The translations under genes and the position numbers were made by a program. A stretch of DNA of 64,000 nucleotides from Phallusia mammillata (lineage: Eukaryota): the NCBI GenBank assembly GCA_965637545.1, contig OZ281497.1, positions 17,050,001 to 17,114,000 of the forward strand. Direction: 5' to 3'. Positions 11,401-23,400 of the stretch are shown here, piece by piece (the first letter of the stretch is position 1; each line of letters begins with the position of its first letter). The notes under the pieces were generated by a model. The model did no database searches. It was not told the DNA's origin and worked only from the letters and a program-made list of their open reading frames with translations.

Positions 11401-14400
11401 CTTGCATTGACACTTGTTGGTAAAGATGTCACCCTGTTTGGTGATAAAGCAGTTTGCAGAGTTACGGCACTTGCTGGGAAAGCATGGGGATGAACCACAT
11501 TCGGCGATTCTATACAAAATACAACGCTTAAGTTCTCACAAGTGTACTGAAATTTTGGACCTCTGGAACGAAAAAGGCATGTAAGGGCGTCGAAAAGGAG
11601 TAAGAACCAATTCAACCTCTAAAGTCAACAAGTTGTGTCTGCTAAGTTGACATACCTGCGGGCATTGATACAGTTTCGGGATGATGAGTTAAGGACGAGT
11701 TCCGAATTGTCAATTGAAACACTGTGAACGCACCCAGTCAAACCCTTGTCTACGCCGACCTGGTTTTGAATGGTTGTGGAACTGGAATGGAAACAAAAAT
11801 AGAATTCACTAATGTTTTTTAAGAAAAAAGTCAAACCGAAACCGGGCGAAAGTTTCAGGTTTGGCCAAATGCCCTTATAAGTGATTTGATGCCTGTTTCA
11901 ACAAAACCTATAACGTTAGTTTAAGTGAGAAGTGCAAACAAACAACAGCTTGCGGTTGATCGAGAGTATTTGTTTCGAGCACAATCGTCTGTTCCTGTCT
12001 ATTATTGACATTCAATTCGTAGGATTATTTTTTAAAAAACATTACAGATGTTTCACCCCACACATACATACAGGATTCTGTCGACTGAAACGAATCCTCC
12101 GATGTAAACATTAGAATCCAGGTTCAAACCCCGTCTTGGGCCAGGGGAGGTGCCGTGAACGGGATTGCCATCGTTATCAATCTAAAAACGGGAATAGTTA
12201 CATCTCTGTTTCCCACAATAAGAACACAAATTCATGTATTGGGATGTTGAAAATCCCATGTCCTACCTGTAACATTCCTTCCCTTCTGTTACGTCTTGCG
12301 ACAATACTGTGCCATTCTCCGTCGTCCAACGGTCTTTTGCTTCTTAATTTTAAAGCGCCGGAACCAGTGTCGAACCTGGGTACAGCGAGTCAACAAAATT
12401 GTAATTTAAGTCCGTAAAAGTGTATGTAAGTACTTTTTTGTCACAATGACCATGTCGGGAAGAAATGGTGTATACATAGGATGAATTCAAAATCTAGATT
12501 GCAATTTTGGATTCGCTTCATACATTAAACTTCAATTTGGACAGTCCTAATGATATGTTATCACCTCTTTCACTATTGTATCTATATGCGTATGATATTG
12601 CGATAAACGTGCCTAGGAAAACTTGAAAGAATGTAAAGTTTCAACGCATGCTAGTATAGTGTACTCGTTAGGTAGAGCAAACTTTGCCCAGGCGAGATAT
12701 GGCGTTGAATTACCTGAATTCCAGGTAACCTTTGTTGATGGCGAGTGAAATAAAGTCACTTGTTCCGGCGTAGAATAGAAGACCTTCTGAGTCGAAGGAT
12801 CGAAACCTCATCTCAATAGTTGTGGATGTCACTGCAGCTATACTACGGAATTCGGCATACGAGGCTCCTCCAAATTGCGGTATTGTCCATTCTGTGTCTG
12901 AATGATAAAATAGAGTTGGTTTACGACTTAATGGTATATTAAGTAATGAGGTTTTTATTTATTTTTTTGACTTAAGTTTTTGAAAATTAAAATGGTATGT
13001 TTTATGACCAAAATGAATCATGAGTTTAGTAAGATAGATGACGGCCTAAATAGACGTAAAATGGAGATATTTTTTGTTTAAACGTTTTTGCAAAAGCTCA
13101 TGCCCTAATCAGTATTATGAGACTATAACAGTCACACCAATTTATACATTAAAGTTATGAGCAAATTCCTGTCTAGGGTTCTTGATTTTATAAATCTGTT
13201 TTGAAATAACTAAGAGATAACGTGGCAAATCTACACTTCTATCAATATAAAAGACTAAACAAAAACAAAACGGAACAGATTTATTCTTACCTTCTTCGTA
13301 TACTGACTTGGGAACGGGGGAAGATATCACTGTGGAAAGATAAAAACTTTTTAACTAAGAGTGACATGTTACACCACACACGTGGACAATGAATCACAAG
13401 AAACACATGATTTTGTCACTGGTAGTGGGTGCTGTTAATAAAAGGCAACAGTTAGAAACATTTGAACACAAGCAAACAGTGTATGGTGTCCACACATTTA
13501 AAACTCGTTTTGTGGTGAGATACAACAACTAAAAACTCAAATTCGGTTCGAAAAAGTCTTTTTAACACATGGCGATAAAAAATAAAATATTGGAAACCGC
13601 ATTTTTGTCTGTAACCACTTTGCATACATTAGTGATAAAAAAGTAACCAATATCTCAAGATTTGTGGATGAACCGACGCGCAAAAGCACATATTGTATGT
13701 TACATCAAATGTTACAAAATTAAAAATAAAGTCATAGGGAATTGCTATATAAATGTAAGTAATATGGCAATATAACAAGCTAACTTCTGTCGCCAAAACA
13801 GCACAAATCTCACAAGGCAAACATAATCAACAATTTTTTGTGCAAAAACCAAAGCAAAAAGGTGATCACACCTAACAAACACCCACAAATTGTTTCACAG
13901 TGCCCAGTCACTTCGGTTGGTGCGCAAAAACAAAGCATAGCACTCGGTTATCAGGCACACTGGTACTTACACACTCGCTTGAAATCCGGTATCGACATGC
14001 TATAGCCATCGCGCAGATCTTCGGCGCCATCCAGCGGCGGAAACGGCCAATCGTGAACAAGCAAGTTCTCTTGCCCTGGCGGAACCAACGAGCATATAAC
14101 ACATAAAGCCGCCAAAGACAGCGACAAACGTGCCGGCAGCCCCAGATGTAGGATGTGGCAAATTTGGATTTTTCTCGGCTTCAATTAGCTTTGCAGTCTA
14201 ACCCTTGGTGTGAGGCCGGCAGACGCTGATGGCGTAAGCCAGCGTTTCCAGATGTACCTCAACAGGCATCTTAGTGCCGCTTTAACTGATCTACGTTTAA
14301 TTCTAGCAGCTATTTGCACATATTAATATCATCTACAACACGGCCTCAATACACAGAACTACTGCAAATTACCCATAAAGGCTGCTGCCTCTCTTTCTAC

Positions 14401-17400
14401 AAAGCGATTAGAATGCATTGTGGCGTCACAACCGGGCATTGAAGCAGCAGCGGCCAAAGCGGCATGGGGGTTTACGGCACCGGCGGAGTTGGACACTAGG
14501 GTTTGCGGCCTGTTGTCATGCCTTCCGCAGGGGTTAAGCGGCTACTAAAACGTCAGTCCAGTAAGATAGGGAAGGCTACAACGAGCACTATAGGGCAGAA
14601 ATTGTTTGGCAGAATCACAAGGGGCGATATATCATTAGCGAAGGGTGCACAAAGCGATGATTGTGCGCCATGAGGGGCAAGACATGATTGGTGGGAGTCG
14701 CCAATTCAGGCGGTGCAGGAATTAAATGTGACCAACGCGTGCATGCCAATTTCAACCCAAGGGCGGTGCTGTATGATGATGATTGCAAAATTCGCCGTTC
14801 CAAATCACTCAAATTTGCCACAGCCTCCATTGCATGAATTAGCGCAAAGTATAGGGTATATTACCCAAGTCAAAAGACCGTTGCGTTTTATGAACTTTGG
14901 TCTATAAAGAGGGTCGTATAGCATGAAGAGACGTTGTTCTTCCCACAATTGACACCCGAAACACACGCACCGCACAGAAATCAACCCGCAGATGATTACC
15001 AGAAAAGCACCAGTCAAAGTCTTGCTAAGTGATTCTTGTTTAAAATGTGCAGTATAAATATTTACATTTTGTTTCCATAAAATTTGAATTTGACTTATAA
15101 AACCAAACAATTGTGTTTGACTGATATCAGACTTGCTATTAGCCAATAATCACACGTTACAGAACAGGGTACTTTTAAGCTCAAGTTAACTTCCTTTAAA
15201 ACAAAACTTGGCGTTTCGTGTGTTTTTGACTGCATCGAATACATTTTCCCAGCTATGCTGCCAAAGCTTACGTAAAAATCAGCATAAAAGCCTACGCAAG
15301 GCAAAAGTTGGCAAACATACACTTATAGGCATGTGTAGCACGGATTCTACTGACTTTGACTGGCGCAAGGCAAAGAAGATAGGAAAATATCACGCTCACC
15401 CACACTCTACACAACAACCCAACACACAGGGCACGCACACCACGAGTCCTACCACAGCGAGGCTGTAGGTTTGGAGAAGCAATTAAGCTTTCAAGGCAAT
15501 CATACACTACACGACGGCACAAAAAACTGTCCGTCCCAAGGCACTACAACATGCGTGCAATGATTATTATAAAGCAAAGGTGGATATAGGTTTACACGCA
15601 AGCCATAAAAGCTGGTGCAAAGCCAAAGCATTAAAAGCATGTTAATCAAGCCAGGCATGATATAAGCAAGCGAATCTGAATTATGTACACTGCATGAACT
15701 GAAATCGAAAAAGCACACTTGCACACAGTTGAAAACCGGGACGGTTTTATTTCTGTGAGTTTTCATCTTGTTTTTCTCCGAACGAACGTTGCCACAACAA
15801 CGCATGGACATAGCTTGAACTTTAACAACTTTGGCACATCGCGAGAACGCTTTGAGAATCAACCAAGCTTATGTACGATAAAGCTAATCATGGATACTTA
15901 AATTACTTTAGGCGATCACTTTAGTTTTGAATAGGCGGAATATACAAGTTTAGCAATATCATAAGGTAAAGCTTAGCAAGCACAATGTTATGACGAGGCG
16001 ACTGTTTGAAAACGCTTGATATAAGCATCAGAAGCTAACGTATTTTCTACTTAAAAAGCAGACGTCTTATATGCAGCAATTCGGCTCAGCGAATAAAGAA
16101 GATTAAAGATTGAATGCTGCACAAATTTCGCTGTACGTTCGCAATGTGTATGCTGAATTAGGCGGCGAAGAATTGAACGCATTCGGATGACAATTGGCGC
16201 CGCAATTACACGGTATGACTGGCGAGGATGAATGAAATAAAACAATGCAAAATGCGCGAACGCCGATTTTCTACACACATGAAAGAACGCAATAAAAACT
16301 TCACCACGCGGGGATCCCCCTAGATAACTACCACCAACGTGCGTCACTGAAGACCGGTGGAGGGCGTACCTGTGGGGATGTTTATCTGGAAGTTGTACTC
16401 CTCGCCTGAAAGCTGGTTGAGCGAGTCCTGGATCTCGACCGGATCCGAACCAGGCGCCAGGCCCAGCTCGAAAGTCGCTATGACACCAGTCGAGAGGAAA
16501 AATACGTTGGATTTGAACGACTTAATGCTGAAGGTCATGACCTTGCCGTGCAGAGGTTCCTGGGCCGCCAACGCCATAACCTATAGAAAACAGGGAATAG
16601 AGTATTTACATAAATGTGGGCACGACCAGTGGCGGTTGTGCGAGCGTCTGAAGTGTAGTTTCTACTTGACTTAAATGGGCTTTGGCGTGGATTGATTGGA
16701 CGAGTACAGCAGAAGCGTATATGGATTTGCGTTGGATTTACTCTTATGAACGACAACATAAATAAGGTATGGTACACAAAACACATTCGGCGAAAGAACT
16801 AGTTAAAGTTGATCATATTAGGTCTGTTGGTCCAGTTTGATAGCACCAGTGGCTTACCTCCGAGCTTATGATGTTGCTGTACTCGGCAAAAAGCTCGGAA
16901 GATGAGTCTTCCAGGTCGGGGGAATAATATGTCCGTTGTCCGTCCACCCGATAGAAGTCAGCTGTGCCGTTGAACATACTGGGTGCTGCAAATAGAAGTG
17001 GATACAAAAGAATGAATACAACAGCACGCGGCTTGTGACGACATTCGAGCAGTGACGACAGCAATGACACACGACAATGCAGTCACGAAAAAAAAGACAA
17101 TGCAGTCACGTGGTAGCAACACTCACCGAGCGAGCGAAACGAAATGGATATTTTCACTTTTATGACGATGACTTTGAAAGTAAAAACAACAATAACTGAT
17201 ATACATTGGAAATGTGAATTGGTGAAACAATAATGTATGGTTTTGGATTTTGAATAAAAAACACATGTATATGTATTTGCAGACATGTAGTTGTAACACA
17301 AGTTGAGTTTGTCACTTGGTTCCGTATTAATAACCAACGAAAGCTAGAAAAAGACAAAAATCTGATGGATTAGTTTAATGGCAAGACAGTACATGAAAAC

Positions 17401-20400
17401 AATTGACTTTTTTATCCATAGCTTCTGTAATATTACACAAAGGCGAAAATATATAAATAAGGTTACAGGCCCAGAAATAGTGATGCAGTTATGAGAAAAG
17501 TTTCAGTTGAAATACCTTGCGTTGGTTTTTCCGCTGGCTCTTCTGTCGAGACTTTTGTTTCCTTGGTAGATGCCATAGTAGTGGCGATTTTCTGAAAGGT
17601 TGGCAGTAACCTCGTTATTGTTATGGCGAAAATTAAAACATAAAAATATAACCGATGTTTGAGCAAACAAAGGCTAATATTTTTGCTTTGTACCTCGGTG
17701 CTTGTCATTGGCTGCTCTTCATCACCACCAGATCCTTCCTTGCATCCATCCTCGTCATCTCCCATGCATCCACTTCCTAAGATTCAAAATACATACATTA
17801 AGATCAAGTGCAGCGAAACAGATTTACATTGTCCTTTTACAACAATACCCGCCTTGCCCGTAACCCAGCCATAAACCAAATACGCCCTTTACACCAAATA
17901 CTGCCATAAAATAGAAGCCAACATAGACGTAGCCTTCATTTAAAACGTGACCCCGAAGGGATTTTATGTATTTTTTTAAACGTTTTTTTTTTTTTCAAGT
18001 TACATAAATTCTATGTATAAAACGTGATTCAAAATGCGGCGATTTTGTTTGTCCTTGGCTTGCTAGGCAACATAAGACACCCCTTAGTAACTACAAAAAT
18101 ATGGTTCACACCAGTTTCAGCCTCTGTAGATGTAAGGTCGACAGGCGCTGAAGATGTTGACATCACAACTGTTGTAGTTGTGGCAGGAGTGCTTTTCGAT
18201 TCAGTCGAAGTGGTGGAAGACATCACTGGCTCCGGTTTGCTTTCAGGTTCCGGCTCCGGTTCCATAGTAGGTTCCGGACTTGGTTGAAAAGTTGTTGTCG
18301 TTTTCATCGTGGTGGTGGATTTTTCTGTAACTACAGGCTCCGGTTCAGGCTCCGGAGTAACCTTTGGCGTCGTTGGAGCTTTTGTGGTTGTGGGTTCGGG
18401 AACAGCAATTGGTTCTGTGGTTGTTATCGTCGTGGTTTGTGTTGTTGTTTGTTCAGGTTCTGGTTTTGGAGTGGTAGTTATTTTAACCAGTGGCTCAATT
18501 CCTAAAAAGACATAGAAACCGTCGCACGAACACACTATTTTACGGAGCGAAAATCGTTTTACACTTTTATTCTGAATGATCTAGTTCACACAAACACCAA
18601 CATCGAGAATAATTCAGGTTTGGAGTGTTAAGAGAGTCTACTAATTAATTTACTAATTAATTTGTCTTTCACAATAAAAAATTTAATCATTCAAAACCGT
18701 GATGTTTAAGCTTTATTCGACACCCTTTCGAAATCACCAGCCAGTTTTCAGACTTAATTTTCCGGAAAGTAATGAATAATCCCGAGTGATTCAGCAACCT
18801 CGCATCCCCGTAGGGACATCCCTCGTTTAAAACCCTGATTTAAAAATATAAGTTATGATATAACGTACTTATACATGGTCCTTCGGATGCCACACTAACA
18901 TCTATTCCCTCTTTACAGGTGATGACTCTCATCTGACATTCATCAGCATACGTGATCCCGTTACTTCCGCAAACCTGAGTGAAAGCAAATTATTTTATAG
19001 TAAACTTTTTTAGGCGCGATTAATATGCGTGTATGTGCAAGCAGGTGCTTTGGAGTGAACGGTATATGTATACGGCTTACCAAGGCAACGAATGCTAACT
19101 TATCTGTATGATGATGTTGGCTTAAAAAAATGTACATTGTCAAATATTATCAACACCTGTTTTATGAACGCCTTTATTTAATTAGTATTAAGTGCAAATG
19201 AACAATGAAAATTTTAGCATGAAACAAGAATAATCAAATTGAGTGACATTAATTATGAAAATTGTATGCACAAAAATGATTGTGAATTGTTATATGCAAT
19301 GCAGGATCAAATTATCAACAAGTATATTCAAATCAATAGAACTTAAAATGACGCGCATCCTAGTTGACAAGACGCAAATTATTTTCAAAACAATAACTTA
19401 AACTTGGAAAAGGGCAAAACTCTAGGCTAAGAGTTAGTACAGCTACAGTCTATGAAAAAAGTGCTCTAGCATGCTACTTGCCTTTAAGCTAACAGAACAC
19501 TGGCAGTTGCAAGTTTCATGTAAAAACAGAAATTATGAGTTATTAGAAAATGGCGACTGCTTAATAGAAGCTTGGTGAAAGCGCAAGAAGCAAGGTTATA
19601 GCAACGAAGGGTGGTAATATTAACACATTTTCCACCATTTACTTTAAGAAATCAGTGTTGAAATTAGGACTTTGTGAGCAAGACACTAGTAAAAGCTCGT
19701 GTGTGCTAAATTAAATACAAACTGATAAATTTTCCGTTTATCACATATATTTGCAATGATAACATTTTGATTTGGGGTGACCATTTAAATAACCAGACCA
19801 AAAATATGCACAAAACACAGCCATTTAACTTACGCTGCCTCCGAGGAAAGAGTTACATGAAGCCAACGTCGGACATCTGCATTCAAACAAGCCGTCCACA
19901 TTCTCAACGCATTCTTGTCCTGCTCGGCAGCTCAATTCACCACAAGACTTTGGAGATTGGGTGCCTGCAAAATAGGCCAATATGGTAACTTCTCTAAGGC
20001 GTGGGAAGCCAGGTATGATTGACCTAGCGTTGGAAGCCAAGTATGGCATTTATAAAAGATAAAATAGGTGTACTATAAAATACCACCTGTATTATTCTAA
20101 AGCCGGTAAGAAAAACATTGCATTAGGGTGCACACTGATACACATTGTTTGAAATACAATCAAATAGCAACGTGTTTGGTCATGAAAAACTGCCCGGGAT
20201 CTTACCTGTCTCGCACAGGTCGTTGGTGATCCAGGTTTCCACGCCTCCAATCATACAGTGAGTGCATTTGGTTCCGGACACATTTTCCTTACACGAACAC
20301 CTTCCAGTCATCTGGTCGCAGTCGTCTCTTATCGAACCGAGCGGGTTACATCGACAGGCTGTAAATTTGCAAGATATAAATAAGACAGTCTTACGTATGG

Positions 20401-23400
20401 ATTTTAGCGGAACAGAAAAGCCAAGAGTAACTTTTCCAAAAATTTAACAAATGTTTTTATGGATACATACTAAAAAATGCTGGTTTTTGTAACAATAGGA
20501 AAAACTACGTGCCAAAAACAGTCGATAAAGCAATGGTTGAAACGCAAAGGACAACATTTTACACAAATTTAAATAAAAGAAGCAGTAATTCACATTCAAA
20601 CACAACAAACCAAAAAATTAAAGGCAACCAACTTTCTTCTACTTACACATGCATCCTGAAATTTGTTTGTTTGCCACAGAAACAAAGTTCCAATAGCCTG
20701 GAAGACAGCGATCACACTTGACTCCGCCCACACCGGGCCGACACACGCACTGACCAGTGGTTTGGTTGCAAGTTGTCTCGTAAGAACCAAACTCGTTGCA
20801 GTTGCATTTCTCTGTGCAATAAATATAAACGGCTTTTATGTCAGGTTTGGAAAATATGAACAAATTCTGTGGCGGTTTTAGACTGTGCTGTATTCTGAGG
20901 GTTGTTTTCAAATGTATTTATACAAGCCTAAATGCACTATATAAGTAAGAACCAGTACTTCGTTTTTAGTGCAGTACTTGTACACAATGCTGCGGTTAAT
21001 GGGAGCAACATACTTTTTTTCTGCCGTAAAAAAAACAAGTTTTAAATACGCAGCAGAATTATAAAATTAACATGTTGTCGGTGCTAGTGTGCCAGCAATG
21101 TCAATTAACTCTAAAACCTTTTAACCGCAACCAAAGCTATTGCAACCTAAAATGTATGAAACCGCGGTTTAATCATAGCAATGCATAGAAGCAGTTGACT
21201 TTAAACTCGTTAAGAAAATAAAGTAGTGTGGTGACTAAGTTATTTATCAATATTCAAACCACATTGGTATTGTGTCTCACACATTTGTTAGAAAAGAGAA
21301 TGAGTTCTAACCTGGACAGCCGGATCGTTGCAAACCTTTGGCCGCTGTCACACCGTCTTCGCAGCAACCATATCTACTGCTCAGACATGCCGCTGTCGAA
21401 CATAAACAGAATCAACATTTTCGCGTAACAAACACATGTAATTTGCAAGCCGCAAACGAGTGAAGTACTCTAGTATTAAATCGGATGAGCAAGACTCGAT
21501 AGACGAGATTTCCTGCGATTTTCAGACGGAATGTTTAACGTAGGTTTGTGGTGGCATACTTTTGACGGGTCGAATTGCGAACAAGTCGATAAATGTGACA
21601 TTAAGTGATTGACGAAAGGTGCGCTGTACCTCTGCACTTAGCAGTGATTGTACTTTAGTTCACAAATGGAAAAGGAGAAAAGGGTTTGAACAAATATCAT
21701 GCCTTTTTCGGTGTGCGAATTTAACAGTTAAAACGGTAAGACAAGTATATTGAGGGGATAGATAGGAAACCAACCTGCACACGAGCCATTGTACACAACC
21801 TTGATAGTCTTCTGTTTCTTGCACTGGGCTTTTATAAGCTCGCACGCATTCGCGTAAGTCTTCCCGTCTGAACCACAAACCTCTCCAGGAGGACTAAAAA
21901 ACATAAAAACCGTGTTTGACAAATATGCACAGTTTAATTGTGGTAAAACTAAAACATACACCAAAGCTTCTCAAAGATTTTACCAAAAATCCTATTTTTT
22001 TTATTGTTTGTTTAAAAAATCAGCTTTTTGTTCCCTTTCCATAATCGATTGTTGGCGCGTACCGACTTACAAAACGCTTAGAAGTAAGCGGTATAGACCA
22101 GGTTGAGAAACCCTGGTCTAAACGCTTTGTAGCAGAGTTGTAAGCAGGCCTGAAATCGAAGCCTGAAAGAACAAGCTCGTTTTAATCATGTCTAAATCAG
22201 CGGTGCTCGGTAACGCGTCATATTCTTACAACTATGGTTTACTACTTTAGGCCAAAACAAAATAAACGAATAGATTTACAGTCACCTGTTAGTACATCTG
22301 ATGTCACATACGCAAGAAGAGTCTTCATCATCAAGCGTCGTCACACACACCGCACCGAAGTTACAATTACAACCGTCGCCTCCAGAACCTTCTCCGCTCG
22401 GGTCATATCGATCTCTGTCATCTGTCGCCAAACACCGAACATTTAAGCGGCGATTTTAACATTACTTGTAAGTTTATGTGATACTCACCGCACGGGCCCA
22501 TGTACTGCATGGTGACTTTGCTTCTACTCTTGCAAGCTGCTACCACGAGTTCGCATTCGTTGTCGTACGTCACACCATCCGTACCACACACAGGGGATAT
22601 GGCAGCGATACACTAAACAATAACACATTGTGTTGAATAAATTTAAGTGATTTTGACAGTTTCCTTGATTAAATCACATTGTTTCTGTTACTCTGGTTTA
22701 TTTTTCTACCTCAAAATCTGCTGAAGCTATCTACCGCTTTCAATATACGTATAGAAACTCTACACCTGCACCTTCACGAAACTAAGATATTTTTTAATTT
22801 ACACTCACTTTTCTTCTTGTCTCATATTCCCATTCTTTCGTCGATTTCTTGACTCATTTCTAATTCACTTCTCCTGTACTTTTTCTCACTTTCTCGTATA
22901 ATTCGTTTCTTATCTCTTGCAAACTCACTCTGTTCTTTGAGATTCTTAGCATGTTTCGTAATATTTTTGTGGTAACATAATACTGTGGGAAACAGGTTGT
23001 GTGTTACTTACCGTTGTGGGACAAACGCACACAGCTCCGTTGTTATTCACTTCGCACTGTTCGCCAGGAGCACACGTCACACCGTCGCATTCGCTCACTG
23101 GAAAAGCAAAAATGAAAGGTCGCAAATTTCTTCCAACCCACCGGTTTTGCATGGATCTGGTAGCTCATGACCATTTCGGCCTTATTGAACCAAGAATTTA
23201 TAAAAAAAACGCTACGATAAAGTATCTTGCTTACCACAAGGTCCATCATGTCGCGCGATGACCAAATTACCAAACGACAAGCAGTTGTGTCGCTGGACTT
23301 CGCATTCGCTTCTGCAAAGTAATGGTCGCGTAAAGAACCGTCTTCTGCGAAACACACACTACAAACAACGTTGAGACAACCCTTACCTGAAGGTTTGTCC

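Noticed and set aside
14385-14910. Overlapping short ORFs read as a transposase or extra agrin exons
   Set aside because: No recognisable family motif, several stops, and the splice phases do not fit the flanking phase-1 exons.
18024-18515. Plus-strand ORFs rich in Val/Gly/Ser or Cys/Arg/Phe
   Set aside because: Antisense shadows of the agrin Thr/Pro-rich exon.
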